A DNA stretch of 36,617 nucleotides from a virus (Duplodnaviria; Caudoviricetes). Shown here in pieces: positions 1 through 7,888 of this stretch; within the stretch, counting starts at the first letter, position 1, and each line of letters opens with the position of its first letter. Under the pieces are notes generated by a model. It worked only from the letters and a program-made list of their open reading frames with translations, was not told the DNA's origin and searched no databases. The stretch spans positions 1-36,617 of the IMG/VR virus record IMGVR_UViG_3300032212_000081. One strand, given 5' to 3'. The position numbers and the translations under genes are program-made.

Positions 1-110
1 CTTGCCTCTTTCTTGATTCAATCAATCAGGATCGAGGGGTTATTAAAACTTAAAAAGTAACCACAATACAAACCATATATACAAAAGCCATTTAATACCC
101 TCCAAATCAC

Positions 111-290
111 TCACAATTCACCCCTCCTTTTAACCTCTAAATAATAATCATAAATGGCCGAGAATTGCCCTGTATGGGGTTTATGCTTCTCTAGCCAGTC
201 ATAATCTACTGTTAATGTAATTATATCCGTCTCGCAGCATGTGAGCTGGATACAGGATAGCTCTTTGTTTGTGCTTAGTGTGTGGCTCAT
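111..290 (-). CDS. Hypothetical protein, 59 aa (MSHTLSTNKELSCIQ...), below the ORF-track cutoff
   Basis: Read manually; AGGAGAGAAG RBS precedes the ATG; co-oriented with neighbours. Confidence 0.6.
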   Translation of the reverse strand: MSHTLSTNKELSCIQLTCCETDIITLTVDYDWLEKHKPHTGQFSAIYDYYLEVKRRGEL

Positions 291-319
291 CTTCTCTCCT
301 TAATCCTCAGAGTTAGGGG

Positions 320-511
320 TTAATCCTTCAGCTCTTCATCGTTGATCATAGCGACTACTAATTTTCTTAATGATCTTTGTATGTCAGCAGGGGAGTCGCC
401 ATGCTTAATTGCTACCGCATGATGTCGATCATTATTAAAATCAAAAATAATTTCACCGCCGCCCATATCACGAAATTTATTTAATCTAACTTGGTTTAGT
501 TGTATTCTCAT
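320..511 (-). CDS. Hypothetical phage protein
   Basis: ORF in the tightly packed leftward arm, GGCGGGG RBS-like stretch. Confidence 0.65.
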   Translation of the reverse strand: MRIQLNQVRLNKFRDMGGGEIIFDFNNDRHHAVAIKHGDSPADIQRSLRKLVVAMINDEELKD

Positions 512-524
512 ATCCCCGCCTTAT

Positions 525-737
525 CTAGTTGCGTGCTTCGTACATGGCTTTTACAGTCATGTAATCATCTTGCACATACCAGCCATTTTCATTTCCGTCT
601 GCGCCGTCTGCACCTGTTGAAATAAAGCAATTTCCATAAGCATTGCTGTTATGTACAACTTCGCAAAATCCAGTAATCACTTGCACTGGTATAGATATTT
701 TTGCTCCATTGATTCCTGTGAATTCAAGTGTTTTCAT
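525..737 (-). CDS. Hypothetical phage protein
   Basis: 70 aa ORF, co-oriented, plausible composition. Confidence 0.7.
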   Translation of the reverse strand: MKTLEFTGINGAKISIPVQVITGFCEVVHNSNAYGNCFISTGADGADGNENGWYVQDDYMTVKAMYEARN

Positions 738-790
738 TCGTCACCCGTTATGTTGTTTGGTTAACTCTTTTTGATTGTGATTGCTTGGGG

Positions 791-1027
791 TTAAACGCAT
801 AAGTTAAGAAATTCATCATCCGGTAGTGCTGCGTTTTTGATTGCCATATCAAGGTCTTCGCGCAGACGAATAGCGCACGCTAAGTCAAAGCCGTAATCAG
901 CCGCAGGCATTCGAACCACTATATGATTGAAGCCGTCAGAATATGCACGTCTTCCAAAATCGATGTGCGTCTTTGCATGTGTTATTCTGGCATCAATATT
1001 TGTTTTGTCTTTATCCATCTCTCTCAC
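791..1027 (-). CDS. Hypothetical phage protein
   Basis: ORF with GAGGTG RBS; real start probably the ATG of MDKDK. Confidence 0.65.
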   Translation of the reverse strand: MREMDKDKTNIDARITHAKTHIDFGRRAYSDGFNHIVVRMPAADYGFDLACAIRLREDLDMAIKNAALPDDEFLNLCV

Positions 1028-1045
1028 CTCAATAGAATGTTGTTG

Positions 1046-1234
1046 CTATGGTTGCTTCTTGTCTAATTCATCAGCCATAGCACGTAATAGATCGATAAAC
1101 TTGGGCATATTGTCAACTTTATGAGCTATACACAGTCCAGGGTTATTTGGTATTGCAGCCATCTGCCCGTTAGTTTCACCAATACACTGTTCCATAAAAA
1201 ATACAGCCATTTCTCTACTTACTTTAATTTCCAT
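1046..1234 (-). CDS. Hypothetical phage protein (MEIKVSREM..., 62 aa)
   Basis: Start revised to ATG 1234, preceded by GAGGTGGAG RBS. Confidence 0.65.
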   Translation of the reverse strand: MEIKVSREMAVFFMEQCIGETNGQMAAIPNNPGLCIAHKVDNMPKFIDLLRAMADELDKKQP

Positions 1235-1592
1235 TATTCTCCACCTCTGTATTGCTGCGTTGGTTAAATCGCTGTCCGTGAATATCCTCACATTCGCCAA
1301 AATGCCATTTTTTACGCATACAGCAGTAAAACTTTTTATTAGCATTATTCCCGACCATAAAGCTGTTTCTGCATTCTTCATCGGTCATGTGTTTATATGG
1401 GCTATGCCTACCACTACATTGCGGCCAAGTTAATTTCTTTTTCAATCTGTAAAAAAAGAAAGTGAGCTTTGATCTTTTTGGAAAAATCAGGCCGTCATAT
1501 TCAGGCAATAACTTATCTTCACTCATTGGCTCTTTGTTGCAGTAGCAAGGGCCACCACCAGTGTCGTGCTTCGGGCATTTAGTGTCACTCAT
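1224..1592 (-). CDS. Cys/His-rich hypothetical protein (MSDTKCPKH...)
   Basis: Start revised to ATG 1592 after GAGGGAGAG RBS, directly behind the HNH gene stop. Confidence 0.6.
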   Translation of the reverse strand: MSDTKCPKHDTGGGPCYCNKEPMSEDKLLPEYDGLIFPKRSKLTFFFYRLKKKLTWPQCSGRHSPYKHMTDEECRNSFMVGNNANKKFYCCMRKKWHFGECEDIHGQRFNQRSNTEVENNGN

Positions 1593-1593
1593 A

Positions 1594-2277
1594 TCACTCT
1601 CCCTCGCTAGGTGGTGTGGGTAGGGGTGATAATTCAGGGAAATTAAGAGCATTAACGCACTTATCACCAAATAACTTAATCATCTCTCTATCAAATGCTT
1701 GCGCGGCATCTGTTTCATTTTCATAATTGCCACAAGCTATATATTTGTTTTGATGGCGGATCATACATCGCCATCTACCAACATCTTTTCTGTAATAGAC
1801 CCCTCGATATTTTGATGACCTGCCCGTGCCATTCGCTCTCCCTTTTAATTTCATATCAGTCATATTACCTTGCTGATCTGTTTCAAATAAATGATCTGGA
1901 TTGATGCATAATGGGTTATCACAATGATGCGCTATTACGTCTAACTCATTAGGATGTTTATTTGTCAGTAATCCAAAAGATAATCTATGGCTTAATACTT
2001 GTTTATCATCAAGCCTAAACACACCATAACCGTCCTTGTTTTTACTTCCTTGCCATTCCCAGCAATAGCCATTATCAAATGCTTTCGTCCAGAATTTTGC
2101 TTGAGTGGCAACACTACGCCAGTACATATCGCGAGTGGATTGATGGTGAGCAATGAGTTTTTGTACTAAATCCAACTCGTAATTTGTTGGTATATGAGTT
2201 TCATCTTCTCGCATAAATTCAATTAGACTTTCGATTACATCTACTTCGCCGCACGTTATCTGCTCTGGTGTGTTCAT
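1594..2277 (-). CDS. HNH endonuclease with C-terminal AP2-like DNA-binding domain
   Basis: CWEWQG..KDGYG, SHRLSF, HHCDNPLCINPDHL...N (HNH_3 type); SSKYRGVYY...WRCMI...GNYENETDAAQAFD...ALNFP (AP2); AGAGGA RBS before MNTPEQ. Confidence 0.9.
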   Translation of the reverse strand: MNTPEQITCGEVDVIESLIEFMREDETHIPTNYELDLVQKLIAHHQSTRDMYWRSVATQAKFWTKAFDNGYCWEWQGSKNKDGYGVFRLDDKQVLSHRLSFGLLTNKHPNELDVIAHHCDNPLCINPDHLFETDQQGNMTDMKLKGRANGTGRSSKYRGVYYRKDVGRWRCMIRHQNKYIACGNYENETDAAQAFDREMIKLFGDKCVNALNFPELSPLPTPPSEGE

Positions 2278-2373
2278 AATCAATCCTCTATCGTAGTAAT
2301 CAGGCATTCCACCATCCAATTAATAAAATGGCTAAACATAATATAAATATTGGCCAGCAATACCATTCCATAA

Positions 2374-2562
2374 TCAATCCTTAATCCGTGGCAGATCACT
2401 GTCTGCGTTGCGCTCGTCATACCGCTTGATATATTCAGCAGCATGGTCTTTTACCTCAATAGGCAAATGTTGATTGTCCAGCATGTCAGCATAGAATGAT
2501 CTCATGTACTTGGCCGTTTCTGGTGTCTCTGATATGCATATTACTATTTTAGTGTTACTCAT
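2374..2562 (-). CDS. Hypothetical phage protein
   Basis: Overlaps the upstream gene stop, GGAG RBS. Confidence 0.65.
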   Translation of the reverse strand: MSNTKIVICISETPETAKYMRSFYADMLDNQHLPIEVKDHAAEYIKRYDERNADSDLPRIKD

Positions 2563-2815
2563 TTTCCAGCTCCAGTAAGTCTTTATTAACTAGCTTTGTT
2601 TTGATTCTTTCCCGCATATCATCAACTGAGTGAGCGGTTAGAATATCGTCGATATCGAAACCAAACGATTTAATATTCAATATCTCTACATGCGGCTCAA
2701 CTTCTGGATTTGATAATCCGTCGATGATCTCAGCAGGGCGATACTTTTGATATTCAATTTCTACCTTAACCGGCAATTCACCCTCTCCGATGTGGTCTAT
2801 TACTGATATGCTCAT
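2555..2815 (-). CDS. Hypothetical phage protein (acidic)
   Basis: ATGA coupling to the HTH gene, AGGGG RBS. Confidence 0.7.
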   Translation of the reverse strand: MSISVIDHIGEGELPVKVEIEYQKYRPAEIIDGLSNPEVEPHVEILNIKSFGFDIDDILTAHSVDDMRERIKTKLVNKDLLELENE

Positions 2816-3015
2816 TTGTTTCCCCTTTTTTGTTTTCGTTGCTCTTTTTTTAATGCCTTGTTTATCTTTTCAATCCTGTTCAATATTTCCCTGTGTGAAT
2901 CCTTAGTTCTAAATCGCTGTATCCATCGATCAGGGATGCCAGTTAATTCACGCAGCTTTGCATCTGTAATGCCAGTCTCCGCCAATAGTGCTTTTGTTTT
3001 TTCGTATAATCCCAT
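2812..3015 (-). CDS. Cro/XRE-like helix-turn-helix regulator
   Basis: 67 aa basic protein with GITDAKLRELTGIPDRWIQRF HTH pattern; first gene of a divergent arm. Confidence 0.7.
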   Translation of the reverse strand: MGLYEKTKALLAETGITDAKLRELTGIPDRWIQRFRTKDSHREILNRIEKINKALKKEQRKQKRGNK

Positions 3016-3044
3016 GCTTGCGCCCTTAATTAATTGATAACTAC

Positions 3045-3073
3045 ATCCTAAGTCATGCTAGACTTTAATGCAA
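3045..3073 (-). promoter_or_regulatory. Leftward sigma70-type promoter
   Basis: Minus strand TTGCAT (3073-3068)-N17-TAGGAT (3050-3045), 30 nt upstream of the HTH gene. Confidence 0.6.
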
Positions 3074-3086
3074 GTCATTTAGGACT
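3050..3086. promoter_or_regulatory. Two palindromic operator-like sites AGTC-N6-GACT
   Basis: AGTCatgctaGACT at 3051-3064 and AGTCatttagGACT at 3073-3086, 22 bp apart, overlapping the leftward promoter. Confidence 0.65.
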
Positions 3087-3131
3087 AAATAATTTTATGG
3101 CTGTTATAAAAAACTTTTGGTCTGATTTGTC

Positions 3132-3159
3132 TTGATAATGATCATAAATAGTGTAGTAT
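3132..3159 (+). promoter_or_regulatory. Candidate rightward promoter
   Basis: TTGATA-N16-TAGTAT upstream of the first rightward ORF. Confidence 0.45.
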
Positions 3160-3186
3160 ATTAGTCATGCAACCAAGGGGGATAAC

Positions 3187-3333
3187 ATGAAAGGACTCAT
3201 AATATTACTAGCCATACTCTACATAATATTTAATTATGCTGAGTTTAAGGCGGATTACGAAAGCCCGCGAGTTTTACCAGAGTGTAACGTGTGGCCTGAG
3301 TATGATTGCCATAAGCCAAAATATAAAAACTAG
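3187..3333 (+). CDS. Small protein with N-terminal hydrophobic segment, 48 aa (MKGLIILLAILYIIFNYA...)
   Basis: Read manually; AAGGGGGA RBS. Confidence 0.6.
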   Translation: MKGLIILLAILYIIFNYAEFKADYESPRVLPECNVWPEYDCHKPKYKN

Positions 3334-3341
3334 GGGGATAT

Positions 3342-3500
3342 ATGGAAGATTACGACGATCAATTCTACATCGATGAAGAACCGCCAGCCGGATCAGGTGA
3401 TGAGGATACTGACGAGGCCAGAGAGTACCAAGCTGAACAAGATAGAAAGATTAGGCAGCGAATCGAAGAAAGTATTTTTTTAAGCAAACAAGCAAGTTAG
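3342..3500 (+). CDS. Small very acidic protein, 52 aa (MEDYDDQFYIDEE...)
   Basis: Read manually; AGGGGGA RBS; fills the gap between neighbours. Confidence 0.6.
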   Translation: MEDYDDQFYIDEEPPAGSGDEDTDEAREYQAEQDRKIRQRIEESIFLSKQAS

Positions 3501-3511
3501 GAGCTAGGAAA

Positions 3512-3760
3512 ATGACAGAATACGAGGCTAAAAAAAAGTGGTGTCCGATGGCATCAAACAGGGTTGTAACAGCTCAGTGCAAAGACGGAAGTATCGATGT
3601 TAGCAGATGGGACGCAAATGATGATGGCACAATAGGTGTCGTATGCATAGCCTCTGACTGCATGATGTGGGTGGAAGAGGACAAAATGGTATACAAAGAA
3701 GGTTCAGTAGAGCCTGAATTTGTCAAGACAGGTCATGGCTATTGTGGGTTAATAGGATAG
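3512..3760 (+). CDS. Hypothetical phage protein, Cys motif (KKWCP...CIASDCMMW...GYCGL)
   Basis: AGGAG RBS; Cys pattern typical of a small phage protein family. Confidence 0.8.
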   Translation: MTEYEAKKKWCPMASNRVVTAQCKDGSIDVSRWDANDDGTIGVVCIASDCMMWVEEDKMVYKEGSVEPEFVKTGHGYCGLIG

Positions 3761-3771
3761 GAGCTAGAAAA

Positions 3772-3966
3772 ATGAGCTTATTAGACGTACTAAAAGAAGT
3801 TAATCTCGAAAGCACATACCGAGTGCTACGAAACACGCCAGATATCAAGGGCAATACGTTAAGTCACTCTGATGCAAAACGTATCCTTGATCTATCAGAT
3901 GGCAATGCTGAATTTTACCGCGCTCGACTCGATGCGGGTGTTGAGATTGTCGGGGATGAATCGTGA
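3772..3966 (+). CDS. Hypothetical phage protein (MSLLDVLKE...)
   Basis: Start revised to ATG 3772 after AGGAG RBS. Confidence 0.65.
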   Translation: MSLLDVLKEVNLESTYRVLRNTPDIKGNTLSHSDAKRILDLSDGNAEFYRARLDAGVEIVGDES

Positions 3967-4139
3967 GCGAGCTAGTCTCAAACTGTTGCTCTGTGCCAAT
4001 GATCGCAGAACAAGACGTGCTTGGGGTAGATGTCTGCCCTAAGTGCTTCGAGAATTGTGACTGGGAAAGTGTCGAAGATGATGGCGATTATGCCTATGAT
4101 AACTGGAAAGATAGGAGGCTTGAAAATGAGCGTGATTAA
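3963..4139 (+). CDS. Small Zn-ribbon-like protein, 58 aa (SNCCSVP...CPKCFENC)
   Basis: Read manually; GTGA coupling with the upstream stop; Cys cluster. Confidence 0.6.
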   Translation: MSELVSNCCSVPMIAEQDVLGVDVCPKCFENCDWESVEDDGDYAYDNWKDRRLENERD

Positions 4140-4401
4140 TATTGAATATGATGGCGCATACCCGAATTTATGTTCTGGAAAGTTGATTGCTGTTATTGAC
4201 GGAAAACAATGGGTGTTTCCCGATTACTGCATGGTCCCCGGAGGGTCTGTTTCATTTGATTCAGATTGGAGTGAGCATGTTACGCAGGGTCCTTGGTCTA
4301 TTTCTGATTGGCCTGATGGTTTCCCTGAAAACATGAAGTCTGATTTAGTTGATGCCGTCAATTCACAAGTGACTTGGGGTAACTGTGGCGGATGCGTGTA
4401 A
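4126..4401 (+). CDS. Hypothetical phage protein (YDGAYPNLCSG...WGNCGGCV)
   Basis: Start revised to ATG 4126 after AGGAGG RBS. Confidence 0.75.
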   Translation: MSVINIEYDGAYPNLCSGKLIAVIDGKQWVFPDYCMVPGGSVSFDSDWSEHVTQGPWSISDWPDGFPENMKSDLVDAVNSQVTWGNCGGCV

Positions 4402-4474
4402 TTGATACCCCATAAAAAACATTGATTAGCCAAACAGTAAGACAATAATTATAGTTTTGGTAAGGAGAGAGAAT

Positions 4475-4987
4475 ATGACTAACGAAAACAAAACGCATTA
4501 CAGAAAAGCATTCAATTCACCATATTTAAGCAGTGCTGATATTGTTGAGCCAGTGGTTTTAACTATTAAGCATGTGACCCTAGCTGGTGACGCAACAAAG
4601 AAAACTAAAGACATGTTTAATACAGCTCACTTTGTTGAATCAGAAATCAGAAAAGGTGAGAAGTTAAAGCCTATGATTCTGAACGCTACCAATTCGCGCA
4701 CAATGAAAGACTTAACCGGCAGTGCATTTATTGACGATTGGGCTGGATGCAAAGTAACTATCTATGTTGATAACCATGTCAGAATGATGGGTGAGACTGT
4801 AGACGGCCTCAGAATTAGCCCAGTGCCGCCACAAGGACGCAAAGAGCTAATGCCTAACACTCCGGCATGGGATAACGCAATTGCAGCGTATAAACGAGAT
4901 GGCAATCTTGACGCAGTACGAAAGCGCGTCGATGTTTCCAATGAAAACGAGAAATTACTGATAGAGCAAGCCAATGCAGTATCATGA
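4475..4987 (+). CDS. Putative ssDNA-binding/annealing partner of the exonuclease
   Basis: KTHYRK..SPYL, LKPMILNATN, FIDDWAG..VTIY, GLRISP pattern; overlaps a YqaJ gene; function inferred from context. Confidence 0.6.
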   Translation: MTNENKTHYRKAFNSPYLSSADIVEPVVLTIKHVTLAGDATKKTKDMFNTAHFVESEIRKGEKLKPMILNATNSRTMKDLTGSAFIDDWAGCKVTIYVDNHVRMMGETVDGLRISPVPPQGRKELMPNTPAWDNAIAAYKRDGNLDAVRKRVDVSNENEKLLIEQANAVS

Positions 4988-5594
4988 TATAGCGCAAAAT
5001 ACGGATGAGTGGCTTGATATGCGAATCGGGAAAATAACCGGTTCTACATGCTCAAAGATGATGGCCAACTTTGGAAAGGCTTTTGGAGAGCCAGCAAAAA
5101 AGGCCGCTGTACAAATAGCAGTAGAACAACTAACAGGTAAACGCTCAAATTCTGACGGGTATAGCAATGCCCATATGGATAGAGGCCATGAACAAGAACC
5201 GATAGCCAGATCATTATATGAAGATAAATTCTTTGTTGATGTAGATAATGGTGGTTTCTTTGATTGCGGGTTTTCTGGCTGTTCACCTGATGGCCTAGTG
5301 GGTAATGATGGTATAATTGAGATTAAATCAGTCATATCATCGGTGCATTATGCCAATATCAAACGGGGTAATGTTGACCCTGCTTACAAGTGGCAGATTT
5401 ATTTTAACCTACTAAAAACAGAAAGAGAGTGGATTGATTTTGTAAGTTATTGCGCTGACTTTCCACCTGATAAACAGCTTTATGTTTTTCGGGTTAATAA
5501 ATCAGAAAGCGACGAACAATTCAAAATGCTACAAGAAAGAGAGCATCAATTTTCCCAGCTAGTTGATGAAATTAAGGAAACGATAGCTGGTTAA
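4974..5594 (+). CDS. YqaJ/lambda-exonuclease family protein
   Basis: QNTDEWLDMRIGKITGS, MDRGHEQEPIAR, GCSPDGLV, IEIKS, YKWQI motifs. Confidence 0.92.
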   Translation: MQYHDIAQNTDEWLDMRIGKITGSTCSKMMANFGKAFGEPAKKAAVQIAVEQLTGKRSNSDGYSNAHMDRGHEQEPIARSLYEDKFFVDVDNGGFFDCGFSGCSPDGLVGNDGIIEIKSVISSVHYANIKRGNVDPAYKWQIYFNLLKTEREWIDFVSYCADFPPDKQLYVFRVNKSESDEQFKMLQEREHQFSQLVDEIKETIAG

Positions 5595-5603
5595 GTTTTC
5601 CCT

Positions 5604-5677
5604 AGCCGTTAAATCGGCAACTCCTGCGAAGCCTTCGGGCTTAGTGTTGCGATCTCATCCACTGAGGCCGCCTTTTT
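5604..5677 (+). promoter_or_regulatory. Structured intergenic RNA ending in a U tract (terminator/attenuator-like)
   Basis: GCCG/CGGC, GCAAC/GTTGC, AAGCC-TTCG-GGCTT and CTCA/TGAG stems followed by TTTTT. Confidence 0.5.
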
Positions 5678-5692
5678 AATTTAGAGGTTATC

Positions 5693-6106
5693 ATGAGAGA
5701 GATTAAGTTTAGGGCTTGGAAAGAAAGCACATCAGAAATGATTAGCTGGTATGGATTGCTCAATGATTATGCCGCAAAACTATCTGACATTTTAGATAAA
5801 GTTTATCTTGCTGATGTCATGCAATACACCGGCCTAAAAGATAAAAACGGCATTGAGATTTATGAAGGGGATATTTTACAAGTTGGTGGCACAAAATGGC
5901 TTATAGAATATCAGCAGGGAGTGAATGAAGATCAAGAGTTTCAAGATATTTTAAGATTGGAAGTCGTTTATCGCGGGACATCATTCATCGGCAAGCAAAG
6001 TAAATATCAAGATGGTTATCCACTATCTACAATATTGATGCATGATAATGACGGACTTCTTGTTGTCGGAAACATCCACGAAAACCCAGAATTATTAGCC
6101 CCTTAA
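5693..6106 (+). CDS. YopX family protein
   Basis: MREIKFRAW, MQYTGLKDKNGIEIYEGDIL, VVGNIHENPELL. Confidence 0.92.
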   Translation: MREIKFRAWKESTSEMISWYGLLNDYAAKLSDILDKVYLADVMQYTGLKDKNGIEIYEGDILQVGGTKWLIEYQQGVNEDQEFQDILRLEVVYRGTSFIGKQSKYQDGYPLSTILMHDNDGLLVVGNIHENPELLAP

Positions 6107-6116
6107 CAGATAAAGG

Positions 6117-6374
6117 ATGAGAGAGATGAGATATAAAAAGAAGCCAGTTATTATCGATGCTGTGCAGTGGCTCGGAAATAACATACAAGAGATGAAAGAA
6201 TTTTACCCAAAATCATTCTGGTCGCCTTCTCGTGGAAATATACTAGAAATCCATACTTTAGAGGGAACTATGACTGCACAGGAGGGCGATTTCATAATCA
6301 AAGGAGTGCAGGGAGAATATTATCCTTGTAAGCCTGATATTTTTGAGCAAACTTATGAGCCTGTAGAAGATTAG
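6117..6374 (+). CDS. Conserved phage protein (KKKPVIIDAVQW...TLEG...GDFIIKGVQGEYYPCKPDIF)
   Basis: Widely seen phage family of unknown function. Confidence 0.85.
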   Translation: MREMRYKKKPVIIDAVQWLGNNIQEMKEFYPKSFWSPSRGNILEIHTLEGTMTAQEGDFIIKGVQGEYYPCKPDIFEQTYEPVED

Positions 6375-6402
6375 CCACCCCAAACAGTTAAGGAGATAGA
6401 AG

Positions 6403-6642
6403 ATGGCGTTAATGTCAGACTTTAAACAACAGCCTATGAGATGCGGTTATGAGCCTTGCGGCCATGAAGGAGTTATAGGGTACAACCAATCTGATCCATT
6501 TCAGGACAACACTATTTACAAAGTACATCAATGCCCTGAGTGTAAAGTTTGGAATTATAGCTTTGGAAACTACATGAAAAAGCATTTTACATTAAAAGAT
6601 AAGCTTGAATTAATGAAGCCATTACCTTTGTTTAACCACTAA
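6403..6642 (+). CDS. Hypothetical protein with CxxC motif
   Basis: AAGGAG RBS; CGYEPC and CPEC. Confidence 0.7.
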   Translation: MALMSDFKQQPMRCGYEPCGHEGVIGYNQSDPFQDNTIYKVHQCPECKVWNYSFGNYMKKHFTLKDKLELMKPLPLFNH

Positions 6643-6658
6643 CCCAAACAGGTGATAT

Positions 6659-6895
6659 ATGAAAACAGGAAAGGAAATAGAGCTTGAATATAGCAAGCAG
6701 TTTGAAGCCAGAGTTCCAGAACTAACGCCAATGTCTGAGCTAATCGATAGAGCTATACGTGAAGCTATTGTGGAGCAGGACAAGATAACTCGCCATGCTT
6801 GTGCAGAGGCTATCGCGGTTGTTGATGACAATGAAGATAATGATGTTGTTTTAGGTAATGCCATACGCGCTTGCATGAACGTAAAAGCAGTATAA
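6659..6895 (+). CDS. Hypothetical phage protein (EQDKITRHACAEA)
   Basis: AGGTGA RBS, co-oriented. Confidence 0.75.
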   Translation: MKTGKEIELEYSKQFEARVPELTPMSELIDRAIREAIVEQDKITRHACAEAIAVVDDNEDNDVVLGNAIRACMNVKAV

Positions 6896-6926
6896 ACAAA
6901 ACTATAGGCACATAAAATCTTTTCAT

Positions 6927-6945
6927 TGGTATAATTACCGGTAAT
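6927..6945 (+). promoter_or_regulatory. Extended -10 promoter overlapped by a 12-bp palindrome
   Basis: TGgTATAAT at 6927-6935; ATTACCGGTAAT at 6934-6945. Confidence 0.5.
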
Positions 6946-6996
6946 CATTAAGATAGTAGTCATAGGGTAAATAAATAAAACAAAGAGGGTTAAAAG

Positions 6997-7383
6997 ATGA
7001 GAAAAACATTATCAATTATTATTGTTATTCTGACCGCATCTAATTTTATTGGATGTACTGATGCAGATGTTGCGTCCCGCAATCTATCAATAGCGGCTGA
7101 GCAATTTGAAATTGAACGAAGGATTGTGTTTTATAATGGAATAACTGGCGAATATATGCTTTCTATGGAAGGTCGTTGTTCGGTAGAACAAACAAACACA
7201 AGACTAGGTGTAACCTGTAAAACTGGACATGATCAATATAAAAAACATTACCTTGGTCTATCGGATAATGTTACATATTTTTCAGAGCAAGTTGATGCTG
7301 CTAATGTTGACGTATATCACTACAGGATAATATTTAAACCACAAGCGATTATTCCTGATATTGATTTAGAAACAAATCTTTAA
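6997..7383 (+). CDS. Conserved phage lipoprotein
   Basis: Signal peptide and lipobox-like FIGC; ADVASRNLS..A..FE..RRIVFYNGITG, YKKHYLGLSDNVTYF. Confidence 0.8.
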   Translation: MRKTLSIIIVILTASNFIGCTDADVASRNLSIAAEQFEIERRIVFYNGITGEYMLSMEGRCSVEQTNTRLGVTCKTGHDQYKKHYLGLSDNVTYFSEQVDAANVDVYHYRIIFKPQAIIPDIDLETNL

Positions 7384-7388
7384 TCGCT

Positions 7389-7550
7389 ATGGCTAAATCA
7401 AACACCGAAACACAAGCCGACTTCAAAGAGCGAAAACGCGCTCAGGGGCTTGTAAGAAAAGAAATCTGGTGCAAGCCTAGCCAATGGCCTGCAATACAAG
7501 CGTTCTGTCAAAAGAAAGCCAAAGAAGGGTTAGAGGGGGTGAAAAAATGA
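7389..7550 (+). CDS. Small basic, possibly ribbon-helix-helix-type DNA-binding protein, 53 aa (MAKSNTETQADFKERKRAQGLVRKEIW...)
   Basis: Read manually; ATGA-coupled to the next gene. Confidence 0.65.
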   Translation: MAKSNTETQADFKERKRAQGLVRKEIWCKPSQWPAIQAFCQKKAKEGLEGVKK

Positions 7551-7837
7551 TTGACACACCATGCCACAGAAACAGCGACCCGATAACATCATTCTTAGCT
7601 GATAAGCACATTACACAATCAGGCAAGCGCATGGCAGATGTAAGACGCGCTGAAAACGCTGTCAGATTGCACTCAGGGTACACGTGCCGAGAGTTATCAG
7701 CTTTAACTGGCATACCGAACGAAATCTTACACAAACGCCTTCCTGACTCAAATAAGTTAGTTAAGGGTCAAATGGTCAAGTGCATGATTACTGGCTACAT
7801 GGCATCACAATGGTTTATGCGCCATAAAAAACTTTGA
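7547..7837 (+). CDS. Winged-HTH DNA-binding protein
   Basis: RNSDPITS N-terminus, GYTCRELS...LHKRLPD HTH; start revised to ATG 7547. Confidence 0.7.
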   Translation: MIDTPCHRNSDPITSFLADKHITQSGKRMADVRRAENAVRLHSGYTCRELSALTGIPNEILHKRLPDSNKLVKGQMVKCMITGYMASQWFMRHKKL

Positions 7838-7888
7838 TTTCAAATAAGTAAATTTAAGTAATAAGATAATAAAAAACGGGAGAGAGAG

